Shown: positions 25,266 through 34,751 of the stretch, one piece after another | Layout: every line of letters starts with the position of its first letter | Numbering within the stretch: position 1 is the first letter of the stretch | Assembly (NCBI GenBank): GCA_023659935.1 | Contig: JAGXOK010000001.1 | Coordinates: 9,569 to 73,568 of the forward strand | Length of the DNA stretch: 64,000 nucleotides | Reading direction: 5' to 3' | Source of the DNA: Candidatus Aenigmarchaeota archaeon LH_S6 | Lineage (GTDB): Archaea; Aenigmatarchaeota; Aenigmatarchaeia; QMZS01 | Notes under the pieces: model-generated | Databases searched by the model: none | Told to the model about the DNA's origin: nothing | What the model saw: the letters and a program-made list of their open reading frames with translations, nothing else | Program-made: the position numbers and the translations under genes

Positions 25266-26117
25266 GTATTTTAATCCTTATTTTACTGGATCTATTTCTA
25301 AAACTGCCATATCTCCTACTACATCATCAGAACTCTCCGTTGCGTTTCAATCCTTATTTTCATGGACCTATCTCTAAAACAGAAAATTTAGAAAATCTGG
25401 CTGAAGAGTATGGTATGTTTCAATCCTTATTTTCATGGACCTATCTCTAAAACTTTCTTTTAGGTCTATGTTTCCCCCCATTCCAGCATGTTTCAATCCT
25501 TATTTTACTGGACCTATCTCTAAAACATTAGATACAAGGGAGAGAAAGCTTGAAGAATCTAAAGTTTCAATCCTTATTTTACTGGACCTATCTCTAAAAC
25601 AGGAATGCGCTCCAGAATCTATCATTACTTTTCCTTGTTTCAATCCTTATTTTACTGGACCTATTTCTAAAACACAAAGGACTTAGAGGGAACATAAAAT
25701 ACAAAACCCTGTTTCAATCCTTATTTTCGTGGATCTATTTCTAAAACTAACTCTGGAGGACGGGTTCAACGCAACTTCTGATGGTTTCAATCCTTATTTT
25801 ACTGGATCTATCTCTAAAACGAGACAGGGAAAAACCAACAACCAACACCATATCACGTTTCAATCCTTATTTTACTGGATCTATCTCTAAAACGCAACCC
25901 TTTTCAAGGTAATTGTTGAAAAAGGTCTGCACCTCAAAAACTAAAATAACAGAGTTATCACCCTGTTTTGGCTTTAGCCTTTTTAATTTACAATACCCAT
26001 AAAAGGCTCATTCAATCCTTATTTTACTGGACCTATCTCTAAAACTGTATTTTCAAGAAGGAAAAACCTTATCTCTTCTCGTTTCAATCCTTATTTTACT
26101 GGACCTATCTCTAAAAC
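25266..26117 (-). CRISPR. CRISPR array of 11 repeats; 37-nt repeat GTTTCAATCCTTATTTTACTGGACCTATCTCTAAAAC on the + strand; 35-39-nt spacers
   Basis: Repeats at 25266 (degenerate), 25344, 25417, 25490, 25564, 25637, 25711, 25784, 25857, 26010 (5'-truncated) and 26081. The reverse complement starts GTTTTAGAG and ends ATTGAAAC (a typical 8-nt 5' handle), so it is probably transcribed from the minus strand. That places the leader at 26118-26677 beside cas6 and makes the degenerate 25266 repeat the terminal one. Confidence 0.85.
25894..26009. repeat. 116-nt X element inside the CRISPR array between repeats 9 and 10 (second copy at 23627-23743)
   Basis: Too long to be a spacer. It holds two hairpins (ccttttcaa..ttgaaaagg and agccttttta..taaaaggct). 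The adjacent repeat is 5'-truncated. Confidence 0.7.
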
Positions 26118-26550
26118 AGCACCGAAATCCTTTGATTTTGGCTGTTCTTGGCGATTTTAATTCACCAATTTCGTCATATATATTATTTATCATTTTCTTT
26201 ATAAAGGAGTGCTATTGTACACATATTCGCCTGTAACAACAATCAACACACCTCATATTATAACTTGTTTTTTTTTAGGATAGAAACCCTTTTGGATTAT
26301 ATTTAGGATTTCATTTATCATCCCGATTGCCCCAATCATAAATTATAATCACTTATTTTTATAACTTCTCTAAAATCTCAAGTAATTCCTTATCTTCTTT
26401 CATCATTTTTTCTATCTGTTTATCTGCAATTTCCTTGGAAACTTTTAGTTCTTTTATACCTTTATCTGTTAATACATGTCTTATATAATACTTCCCTTCA
26501 ACTTTTTTCAATTCTCTCATAAATATAATTTGTAAGTTTATTTAAATCAA

Positions 26551-26664
26551 TTTGGGTGTTGGCCTTTTGATAGATTTAACCAATAAAGGCTGACTCTTTT
26601 TTTATTGACCAATTTTGTAGTTTGGGTGTTGGCCTTTTGATAGATTTAACCAATAAAGGCTGAC
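26551..26664. repeat. tandem duplicated 44-bp hairpin unit (period 70 bp) in the CRISPR leader / cas6 3' region, carrying a TTAACCAA loop motif
   Basis: TTTGGGTGTTGGCCTTTTGATAGATTTAACCAATAAAGGCTGAC occurs at 26551-26594 and 26621-26664. Confidence 0.8.
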
Positions 26665-26677
26665 AAGGGTTGCATAT

Positions 26678-27328
26678 TTAAACTGATTTAACTGTTCCAA
26701 AACCCTGTGAAACTCCTTTACCCAATCCAATAAATTCAGGTAATTTAAAATTGATTTTAAAATCACCAGTAAAACCAATCATAGGTACTTCTTTATATAC
26801 AACCGAGACAGGTTTAACTTTTGTCTTGACTTTTAATTCAGACAAAACAACATATTCAAATGCTTTTGCAACAGAAAGAATATTTCCAATCAGGACCTTG
26901 TGCAATAGCAATGTCTGTTCTTTTTTATTTAAACTATTATACTCTTTATAATTCTTCTCATTCAAAGCTATCCATGGTATGACAAACCTATATTTTCTCT
27001 CTTTTTCACTAAAACAAAAGTTCTGATATTTTTCTATTGTCTTTTTTTCTACAATTTTGTAACTGCTTGTTCCCAATTTAAGGTTGTCAAACTCATTCGA
27101 AATATTTTTTAAAGCAGTTGCACCCTCATTAATACCTAAAATAACTGGAGTGCCTTCTATTACTTTGTATTGTACTAGTGGATAAGTATATAGATAATTT
27201 TTCTCCAGATGATGATGTAAGATTGGTTCATCTCTAAATTTATTCCCAACAAAACCGCGGAGAAATGTTCCGGATTCTTTAACAGGTTTATTTGTTTTCA
27301 GAATTAAAGTATAAATTAAAAGTTCCAT
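26678..27328 (-). CDS. cas6: CRISPR-associated endoribonuclease Cas6
   Basis: Adjacent to the array on the inferred leader side. C-terminal glycine-rich loop GLGKGVSQGFGTV. RRM-like size of 216 aa. Confidence 0.65.
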   Translation of the reverse strand: MELLIYTLILKTNKPVKESGTFLRGFVGNKFRDEPILHHHLEKNYLYTYPLVQYKVIEGTPVILGINEGATALKNISNEFDNLKLGTSSYKIVEKKTIEKYQNFCFSEKERKYRFVIPWIALNEKNYKEYNSLNKKEQTLLLHKVLIGNILSVAKAFEYVVLSELKVKTKVKPVSVVYKEVPMIGFTGDFKINFKLPEFIGLGKGVSQGFGTVKSV

Positions 27329-27348
27329 AAAAATAAGGAATAATAAAA

Positions 27349-27738
27349 TTACCTTTTACTCCTCTGCTTGTGTCTTCTTGGACCTTTCTTGCTTCTGCTT
27401 GGTTTGTGGGGTTCTGTTCTCCTGACATCTGGAACCAGTAGATTTCTGTCATAACCTATAAATTTCTTTTTTAGTTCTTTTCCTTTAAGAGAAGCTAAAC
27501 CAATTGCTATTGCTTGTCCAACTGCTTCTGCCTGCCCTATAATCCCTCCTCCTTTCACGTTAGCCTTTATTGTGAAGTTTTCATCTTCTGCAATTAATAG
27601 GGGTTCAAGAATTTTTAATTGGATAACTTTTGGAAAATTTTCAATATCTTTATGATTAATTATTATTTTTTTATCTCCTTTTTCTAGCCTTACTCTAGCA
27701 ACCGCCCTCTTCCTCTTTCCAGTAAATAGTTTACTCAT
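27349..27738 (-). CDS. rps9: ribosomal protein uS9
   Basis: GGGIIGQAEAVGQAIAIGL... and the C-terminal PHKPSRSKKGPRRHKQRSKR. Confidence 0.8.
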   Translation of the reverse strand: MSKLFTGKRKRAVARVRLEKGDKKIIINHKDIENFPKVIQLKILEPLLIAEDENFTIKANVKGGGIIGQAEAVGQAIAIGLASLKGKELKKKFIGYDRNLLVPDVRRTEPHKPSRSKKGPRRHKQRSKR

Positions 27739-28150
27739 TATCTTTATTCCCCAAAAATTTACTTAATTCACTAACAAAAATAGACCACCTTTTTACTTTA
27801 TCAACTTGTTTGCCAATTTTCTTGAATTCAGAATTTTTATATTTATCAGGTACTCCAACAAAAACTTTTATCCTTTTAAAGGTTTTTTTTCCCTCTTTTG
27901 TTTTATAAGGGAGCATCCCTCTGATTGCTCTCATGACAATCTGGTCAGGTTTTGATGGAAAAAAAGGCCCATGCTGGGGATTTCCTCTCCTTCTTCTCTC
28001 TAAATATTTTTTAAATATGTCCTCTTTTTTACCAGAAATTACAGCCTGCTCAGAATTTATAATTATAATCTCTTCTTCCCTCTTTGCTTTTTTTGCAACT
28101 TCTGTTGCTAGCCTTCCAAGAATACAGTTTTTGGCATTTATAACTTCCAT
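27731..28150 (-). CDS. rpl13: ribosomal protein uL13
   Basis: ILGRLATEVAKKA...IRGMLPYKTKEGK...IKVFVG. Overlaps rps9 by 8 nt. Confidence 0.8.
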   Translation of the reverse strand: MEVINAKNCILGRLATEVAKKAKREEEIIIINSEQAVISGKKEDIFKKYLERRRRGNPQHGPFFPSKPDQIVMRAIRGMLPYKTKEGKKTFKRIKVFVGVPDKYKNSEFKKIGKQVDKVKRWSIFVSELSKFLGNKDNE

Positions 28151-28395
28151 CTTTAAATATCATTAAAAATCTTTATATGAAGACAGAAATAATTGTTGTC
28201 TTAAATTCAAAAAAACAGGAGATTCTAAGAGGTAATTAAGAATTAAAGTAAAATCAAAACCGGAAAATAATAAAGTTAATTAGAGGTTGAGAAATTACTC
28301 TCAAAACATCTTGGCAAAAAAGTCAGAATAATCAGAGGATTTAAAAGCAAGAGAAAGGTTGTTGAAGTACATTAACCTTAAATAATTAATATATT

Positions 28396-28695
28396 ATGGT
28401 AATCGATGTTGGAGAATCTTCAGATTTTGATGAAAGCAAAGAAGAAAAGCCTACAAAGGAAATTCCTGCATTTATGGAGGAATTAGTTGATTTAGTAAGA
28501 AAGAAATTTGAAGCACAGAATGAGCAGATAGAGAGATTAAAGGCAGAGGTTGGGATGATTAAAGAAAATGAAATTGAAACTTTTAGTAAGAAAGTAGTAG
28601 AACTAGAAAATAAAATAAAGTCTTTAGAAAATAAACTAGAGAAACAAAAACCAAATATTAATGACAAGATTCTTGATGGTCTGAAAAGAGTTTGA
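28396..28695 (+). CDS. hypothetical coiled-coil protein
   Basis: Heptad-like E/K-rich sequence. Confidence 0.3.
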   Translation: MVIDVGESSDFDESKEEKPTKEIPAFMEELVDLVRKKFEAQNEQIERLKAEVGMIKENEIETFSKKVVELENKIKSLENKLEKQKPNINDKILDGLKRV

Positions 28696-28968
28696 TTTTT
28701 TTTTGGGTTTATTTTTTCATAAAATCTACTGTAATTAGAAAATATCTGTTCCTGCAAAAATCTAATCAGGGAACTGGAAAATTATAAATATAGAGTCTCA
28801 AAGGGTTCTATTCAGGAATTACCTGTTAAATCAGAGAACGATGCTGTTGACAGTTTACGCTATAGGCTTTTTTCTTATAATCTCTCAAATCAGCAATCTT
28901 CAGAATTATGTGATGATGTTGTTAGTTGAAATTGGTAAGAATAACTTTTATAAATAATTTTATATATT

Positions 28969-29790
28969 ATGACCGTTTGTATATCTGCAATTTGTTGTGA
29001 TAACAAGCATGAAGATCCAAAAATTATAGTATCTTCGGATAGAATGATTACAACGGAATTGGGAGCCCCTGTCGAATATGAAGGAACAAGTACAAAAATT
29101 AGTGAACTGACCTCTAGCTGCGTTGTATTGTCGGCTGGAGTCACAACTTGGATAGAAGACCTTGTATACCGAACTAAACAAGCTATTAAAAATGAAAATA
29201 CTCTGGTTATTCGGGGAATTGCAAAAAAATGTGCTAATGCCTATATCGAGCTTATTCAAGATAATATTAAAAGACTTATTCTTAGTACTTATAATATGAG
29301 TTTTGAAGAGTTTAAAGATCAACAAAAATATAATTCTAGTTTTTTAGCAGAAGTAAACAAAAGTATTTCATTAACCAGACAAACTATAGGAGATAATTTA
29401 GCTTCATTAATTGCAGGCATTGATAAAAATGGTGCTGATATTTTTGGGATTAACAATGGCAATTTTTATCCATTTACCTCATTAGGTTACCAAGCATTAG
29501 GAAGTGGTCAAGCGTCAGCAGAATCAGTTTTTGTTCATAGGGGATATGATACTAAATGGGATCTTAAAAAAGCTATAATAACATTAATAGAAGCGAAAAA
29601 ACAAGCAGAAGAAGCTCAAGGAGTGGGAAAAAATACAGATATTGTTATTATATCAAGGGATGGAATAAAATACCTAGAAGAAGGAACAATTGAAGAACTT
29701 GAAAAAATCCACAGGGAATTAATGAATAAAATATCAGATACTAGAGATGAAGTAATTAAAGATAAATTAAATAAGTTAGATATATTATGA
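28969..29790 (+). CDS. proteasome beta-type (Ntn-hydrolase) homolog, propeptide-less with C-terminal coiled-coil extension
   Basis: Starts MTVCISAI (Thr2, as in HslV/Anbu). The following positions line up with those of the T. acidophilum proteasome beta subunit: SSDRMIT (the D17 region), GTSTKISEL (K33), VLSAGVTTWIEDLV, ALGSGQASAESVFV (the GSGS loop) and GKNTDIVIISRDG. Confidence 0.55.
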   Translation: MTVCISAICCDNKHEDPKIIVSSDRMITTELGAPVEYEGTSTKISELTSSCVVLSAGVTTWIEDLVYRTKQAIKNENTLVIRGIAKKCANAYIELIQDNIKRLILSTYNMSFEEFKDQQKYNSSFLAEVNKSISLTRQTIGDNLASLIAGIDKNGADIFGINNGNFYPFTSLGYQALGSGQASAESVFVHRGYDTKWDLKKAIITLIEAKKQAEEAQGVGKNTDIVIISRDGIKYLEEGTIEELEKIHRELMNKISDTRDEVIKDKLNKLDIL

Positions 29791-29796
29791 GAATGA

Positions 29797-29937
29797 AAAG
29801 AAGAGAAAAACTTGGTTTAAGGCACATATCCGAATTTGAGTTAATGGGTATTAGGTTTGAAGAACTCGGAGAAGAACTTGTAAAGAGGAGAGAACTGGAG
29901 AGAAAACTGGAAGAATTAAAAAAGTAATTTTTTAATT
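29797..29937 (+). CDS. small 46-aa charged protein translationally coupled (ATGA) to the proteasome-like gene
   Basis: MRMKRREKLGLRHISEFELMGIRFEELGEELVKRRELERKLEELKK. Below the ORF-track size cut-off. Confidence 0.2.
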
Positions 29938-30085
29938 AAAACTCTTTTTAGGCACCAAAGTCTTCTAACTTAGTTTTCATATTTTTGGAATAAATTCTTT
30001 CTTCCCTCTATTTAAGTTTTTTTCCATATGCCTCACTGTCTAAATTTGTTTTGCCTTTCTTAAATAGACCAGTGAGGCTTTAGTC

Positions 30086-30221
30086 AGCCACGGGAGGGAC
30101 TTGAACCCCCAACCTGCGGTTTACAAAACCGCTGCTCCACCAGTTACCCCAACCTTTTATTTTCCTATCGACGCTTTTTGATGGACTTAACCAATAAAAG
30201 GGTTGATTGAGCCACCGTGGC
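30086..30221 (-). tRNA. tRNA-Thr (anticodon TGT) with a ~63-nt D-loop intron (about 30144-30206)
   Basis: Minus strand: gccacgg-tg-gctc-aa[intron]ctggtg-gagc-a-gcggt-tttgtaa-accgc-aggtt-ggggg-ttcaagt-ccctc-ccgtggc-t. The acceptor stem pairs perfectly and the discriminator is U, as is common for Thr. The intron contains the TTAACCAATAAAAGG motif on the opposite strand. Confidence 0.6.
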
Positions 30222-30264
30222 ATAACTCTTTTTTGATAAAATTAAATTATTTATAATTATATTT

Positions 30265-30720
30265 ATGGCAAGGATATATGCAAGAAGGAAGGGGAAAAGT
30301 GGCTCAAAAAAAGTTGTCAGATATAAGGTCCCTGAGTGGCAGAGTTTAAAAGAAAATGAGATTATCGAAACAATAATAGAACTGAAAAAAGAAGAGAAAA
30401 GCAGAGCAGAGATTGGTCTGACTTTGAGAGATTCCTATGGAGTCCCATCTATAAGACTGGCAACCAATAAAAAACTCCAGAAAATTCTGGAAGAACAGGG
30501 CTTCAAAGAAGAATACCCCGAAGATTTGATGAACCTTATCAAAAAAGCTATAGACTTAAGGAAACACCTGAACAGGAATAAAAAAGATTTACACAATAAA
30601 AGAAGTTTACATCTAACAGAATCAAAAATTAGGAGACTTGGAAAATATTATATTAGAAAGAAAAAATTACCTAAAAAGTGGAAATATAAACCAGCAGAGG
30701 CTGAACTTCTTGTTAGGTAA
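30265..30720 (+). CDS. rps15: ribosomal protein uS15 (archaeal S15P/S13e)
   Basis: N-terminal MARIYARRKGKSGSKK and a 151-aa length typical of archaeal uS15. Confidence 0.7.
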   Translation: MARIYARRKGKSGSKKVVRYKVPEWQSLKENEIIETIIELKKEEKSRAEIGLTLRDSYGVPSIRLATNKKLQKILEEQGFKEEYPEDLMNLIKKAIDLRKHLNRNKKDLHNKRSLHLTESKIRRLGKYYIRKKKLPKKWKYKPAEAELLVR

Positions 30721-30728
30721 TTAACTGA

Positions 30729-32201
30729 TCACCAACTATTTAAAGTTTCTCTGACCAAAAAATTCTTCATTTTCTTTTCTTTGTGATAAGCAGTCCAGTA
30801 ATAAGCTTCATCCCTTGTTCCTTTTGTAATTAAAATATAAATTTTACCTTTAATTAATCTTGCAACTCTCCCCCTTCTTTGAATGCTTCTGATTTCAGAT
30901 GGAACTGGCTCATAAAATACTGCTGTTCCAACCCCTTTTATATCAAGACCTTCTTCCCCTATTGAAGTGCAAATAAGACAATTGTAAAATCCCTCCTCAA
31001 AATCCCTTATAATTCTAACCTGTTCTTTCTGGCTCAACCCGGATTTTTGGCCAATCAAGATCCCAACTTTTGCACCTTCCACTTCTTTTAATTTCTTTAC
31101 AATTTCATCAACACTCACCCTATATTGTGTAAATATAATCACCTTTTTGTCCAATTCCTTAGAAACAATTTTCATCAGTTTTTCTAATTTTGGGTGTCCT
31201 CCAAGTCCTGAGACTTTTTTATTAAAAATTTTAAATTCTGAATCAAAAAATAGTTTTTGTGAGGCTTTAGTTTTTTCTTTCTCAAGTTTTTTCAGATATT
31301 CTCTCAATTGTTTCGCTCCCTGCATCTCAAGTAGTTCTAAACAATAATCCAATTTAATTAGTTCAGCAACTTTAGAGACTGCAAAAAACAACTCTTTTCT
31401 TTTTGATTGTTTTGCTTTTTTTGAATAAAAATTCTGAAAATCAAGCAACATTTTCTTTGAGACCCTCTTTGTCGGCAAAGCTCCAATTTTAAATAAATAT
31501 TCAACTTTTTTATTAAAAATTCTTTCAAGCAATTTCTTGGCAGTTTTGTAGTCCTCAGGCAATTCTGTTTCTATTCTTTCTACTTCCTTTTCCTTTACAT
31601 ACTTTTTTACTTCTTTATCTTTTTCTACTCTTGATTCAACCTGCTCAATAAACAGATTGCTTTTTATCTCTCCAATTTTTTTTGCTTTTCCTCCTGGAGA
31701 AGCAGTCAAACCCAAAATTAAAGGATTCTTAGACTCTTTAATATATTTCTGTGCAATACTAGTATAAGCATAATTTCCAATAGAATGGTGTGCCTCATCA
31801 ACAATCAACAAAATAAAATCTTTTAAATCTATTATCCTATTTTTAATATCATTCTCTATTGTCTGAGGGGTTGCAAACACAACTCTTGCCCTCTTATATT
31901 CTTTTTCTCTTTTTTCTGGTTTCACCACACCCGTAAAAACTTTCAAATCTGCAAGTTCAGACATATTTTCAAAAGTTTTTTTATGTTGCTCTATTAAAGG
32001 TTTTGTTGGGGATAAAAATAAAATCTTTCCATCCAATTTGTTTAATCTTTCAGCAGTAACGAGCAAAGCAATTGGGGTTTTACCCAGACCTGTTGGCAAA
32101 ACAACCAGAGTATTCTTCTCTAAACAATTCTTTGTAATCTCAGTCTGGTAATCTCTGATTTCCAATTTATTCTTTTTGATTAATGGATGTGAGACAAACA
32201 T
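30729..32201 (-). CDS. Hef/FANCM-family DEAH-box helicase (helicase domains only)
   Basis: VVLPTGLGKT Walker A and IVDEAHHSIG (DEAH). Helicase C motifs are present and there is no nuclease domain. Confidence 0.6.
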   Translation of the reverse strand: MFVSHPLIKKNKLEIRDYQTEITKNCLEKNTLVVLPTGLGKTPIALLVTAERLNKLDGKILFLSPTKPLIEQHKKTFENMSELADLKVFTGVVKPEKREKEYKRARVVFATPQTIENDIKNRIIDLKDFILLIVDEAHHSIGNYAYTSIAQKYIKESKNPLILGLTASPGGKAKKIGEIKSNLFIEQVESRVEKDKEVKKYVKEKEVERIETELPEDYKTAKKLLERIFNKKVEYLFKIGALPTKRVSKKMLLDFQNFYSKKAKQSKRKELFFAVSKVAELIKLDYCLELLEMQGAKQLREYLKKLEKEKTKASQKLFFDSEFKIFNKKVSGLGGHPKLEKLMKIVSKELDKKVIIFTQYRVSVDEIVKKLKEVEGAKVGILIGQKSGLSQKEQVRIIRDFEEGFYNCLICTSIGEEGLDIKGVGTAVFYEPVPSEIRSIQRRGRVARLIKGKIYILITKGTRDEAYYWTAYHKEKKMKNFLVRETLNSW

Positions 32202-32203
32202 TA

Positions 32204-33142
32204 TTATAATTGATAAGAACTAATTGTTTCTTTCACAGCTTCTCTGACAGCCTGTTTTGATGAACTTCTTGGCTTAAAACCTAATTTTTCTAATTTAGAA
32301 ATATCTAAAAGCATTTCCTTAACATCACCTTTCCATCCTTTTCCATTATCAACTCCACCTGTGAATTTAAATTTCGGTTTTTTCTGAAGTAATCCTGAGG
32401 AAATCATCTCTTCAACAACAATTTCTGCAATTTCTTTCACATTTGTCTTGTCTCTACTTCCAAGGTTGAATATATTAATCAAATCTTTTGCTTTATCTCT
32501 TGCCATAAGCATTCCATTTATACAATCACTAACAGAGAGATAACTTTTTGTCTGTTTTCCATCACCTAAAATTTTTAATTCTTCTTTATTTTTTGAGAGT
32601 TTTCTAACAAAGTCATAAATCACACCATGGGTAGAGTTTTTTCCAATTATATTTGCAAGTCTGAAAAGGAAGCCCTGAATTTTATAGAGGGAGCAGTAGT
32701 TTGAAATCAGGGATTCACAAGCGAGCTTTGTACCTCCATAAAAAGAGATTGGTTTTGTTTCGCAGTTTTCTGGTGTGTTTAATTTAGATTCTCCATAAAC
32801 AGTGGAACTTGAAGTAAATAAAATTCTCTTGACTTTATTTTTTCTACAAGCTTCAAGAACATTTTTTGTTATTTCCAGATCCCTAAAAAAAGTTTCTATT
32901 GAAGAATCCTTTACAGAAGGGTCTGCTGCCAAATGCCAAACTTCTTCAACCCCAGAAAAATAATCATTTACATTATTTAATAAATCAACTTTGTAGAATT
33001 TTATTTTATCAAGAAAAGGTTCTATGAATTCCTTCCTGCCTCCAGATAAATTGTCAATTACAATTAGTTCATTTTTCTCAGCTAATTTTTCAATTAAGTT
33101 TGAGCCAATAAAACCTGCACCTCCTGTTATTAGGATTTTCAT
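32204..33142 (-). CDS. NAD-dependent epimerase/dehydratase (UDP-sugar 4-epimerase-like)
   Basis: MKILITGGAGFIGSNL Rossmann start. 312 aa. Confidence 0.7.
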   Translation of the reverse strand: MKILITGGAGFIGSNLIEKLAEKNELIVIDNLSGGRKEFIEPFLDKIKFYKVDLLNNVNDYFSGVEEVWHLAADPSVKDSSIETFFRDLEITKNVLEACRKNKVKRILFTSSSTVYGESKLNTPENCETKPISFYGGTKLACESLISNYCSLYKIQGFLFRLANIIGKNSTHGVIYDFVRKLSKNKEELKILGDGKQTKSYLSVSDCINGMLMARDKAKDLINIFNLGSRDKTNVKEIAEIVVEEMISSGLLQKKPKFKFTGGVDNGKGWKGDVKEMLLDISKLEKLGFKPRSSSKQAVREAVKETISSYQL

Positions 33143-33165
33143 AAAATATCTTCTAAAATATAGTT

Positions 33166-34695
33166 ATGAGAAAAATAATTTTAGTTATAATGGATGGTTG
33201 GGGAATTGCTCCTCCTAGTACAGGAAATTATATTTCTCAGGCAAAAACACCAAATTTTGATTATCTCTTAAAAAATTTTCCTTCTACTCAAAATAAAGCT
33301 TCTGGAGAATCTGTTGGTCTTCCTAAGGGTACTCAGGGGAATTCTGAAGTCGGGCATCTTCATATAGGGGCTGGAAGAGTTGTATTACAGATGTATAAAA
33401 AGATTAATAGAGAAATTAGAAACAAAGATTTTTTTAAAAACAAAGTTTTGATAAAGGCAGTAGATTTTGCAAAGAAAAATTATTCAAGTTTACATTTGAT
33501 TGGTCTTTGCTCTGATGAAGGAGTACACGCGCACATAGATCATTTGATTGCTTTAATTCAAATTGCAAAGAGAAGAGAGGTGAAAAAAGTTTTTATTCAT
33601 TTTATTGCAGACGGGAGAGATGTTCATGAAAAATCTGCGAAGAAATACATAAAAATTATAGAGAGGGAAACAAGAAAACTAAAATTAGGGAAGATAGCAA
33701 CCGTTGTTGGAAGATATTATAGTATGGATAGGGACAAAAACTGGAACAGAACAAAAAAGGCTTATAGATTGCTGACCTTGGGAGAAGGTTTTAAGGCAAA
33801 AAGCGGAATAGAAGCAGTAGAGAAAGCTTACAAAAGAGGAGACAAAACAGATTATTATATAAAACCAACTATTATTGTTGATAAAAATAAAAAACCAGTT
33901 TCTTTGATAAAAGACAAGGATTCTGTGATATTTTTTAATTTCAGAACAGACAGACCAAGACAATTAACTAAAGCCTTTATCTCTAAAAAATTTGATAAGT
34001 TTGAAAGAGAAAATCACCCTAAGATTTTATTTACAACAATGACAGAATATAGTAAAACTTTCAACTGTCCCTTTGCTTTTGAGGAAGAAGTTGTAAAAAA
34101 TAATCTTGGCCAGATTTTGGCAAAACACAACTTAAAACAGCTTAGGTTTGCTGAAACAGAAAAATATGCTCATGTAACTTATTTCTTTAATTCACAGGTT
34201 GAGAAACTAAATAAAGGAGAAAAAAGAATTTTAATTCCTTCTCCAAAAGTTCCCTCTTATGATAAAAAACCAGAGATGTCTGCTTATAAAATAACAGAGG
34301 AGTTAGTAAAACAAATTAAAAAGAAAAAATATGAGTTTATTTTAGTCAATTTTGCTAATTGTGATTTGGTTGGTCATTCTGCAGTAAAAAAAGCAATTAT
34401 AAAAGCAGTTGAAATAGTTGATGATAATACAGGAAAAGTTGTAAAAGTAGGATTGGAAAATGATTATACTCTTATTTTAACTGCAGACCATGGAAGTGCA
34501 GAAGACAAACTATATCCAGATGGAAAACCAAAACCCTCACACTCAACAAACCCTGTAAATTTTATAGTTGTCTCAAATGATTTGAAAAAAATAAAGCTTG
34601 GTAGAGGAGGACAGAAAGATGTTGCACCAACTATTTTAGATTTGATAGGGATAAAAAAGCCAAAGGAGATGACAGGAAAAACGTTAATTTTATAA
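33166..34695 (+). CDS. gpmI: 2,3-bisphosphoglycerate-independent phosphoglycerate mutase
   Basis: IMDGWGIAP. Ser/His metal-site motifs (ADHG, CDLVGH). 509 aa. Confidence 0.8.
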   Translation: MRKIILVIMDGWGIAPPSTGNYISQAKTPNFDYLLKNFPSTQNKASGESVGLPKGTQGNSEVGHLHIGAGRVVLQMYKKINREIRNKDFFKNKVLIKAVDFAKKNYSSLHLIGLCSDEGVHAHIDHLIALIQIAKRREVKKVFIHFIADGRDVHEKSAKKYIKIIERETRKLKLGKIATVVGRYYSMDRDKNWNRTKKAYRLLTLGEGFKAKSGIEAVEKAYKRGDKTDYYIKPTIIVDKNKKPVSLIKDKDSVIFFNFRTDRPRQLTKAFISKKFDKFERENHPKILFTTMTEYSKTFNCPFAFEEEVVKNNLGQILAKHNLKQLRFAETEKYAHVTYFFNSQVEKLNKGEKRILIPSPKVPSYDKKPEMSAYKITEELVKQIKKKKYEFILVNFANCDLVGHSAVKKAIIKAVEIVDDNTGKVVKVGLENDYTLILTADHGSAEDKLYPDGKPKPSHSTNPVNFIVVSNDLKKIKLGRGGQKDVAPTILDLIGIKKPKEMTGKTLIL

Positions 34696-34751
34696 ATTTA
34701 GAAATATTCCAAATAGATCTATTATTTTTTAAATAATTTGTTAATCAATTT

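Noticed and set aside
25435-25686. 83-aa ORF inside the CRISPR array
   Set aside because: It lies entirely within repeats and spacers, so it is a repeat-generated artefact.
33685-33963. 92-aa minus-strand ORF inside gpmI
   Set aside because: It is antisense to a well-supported enzyme gene.
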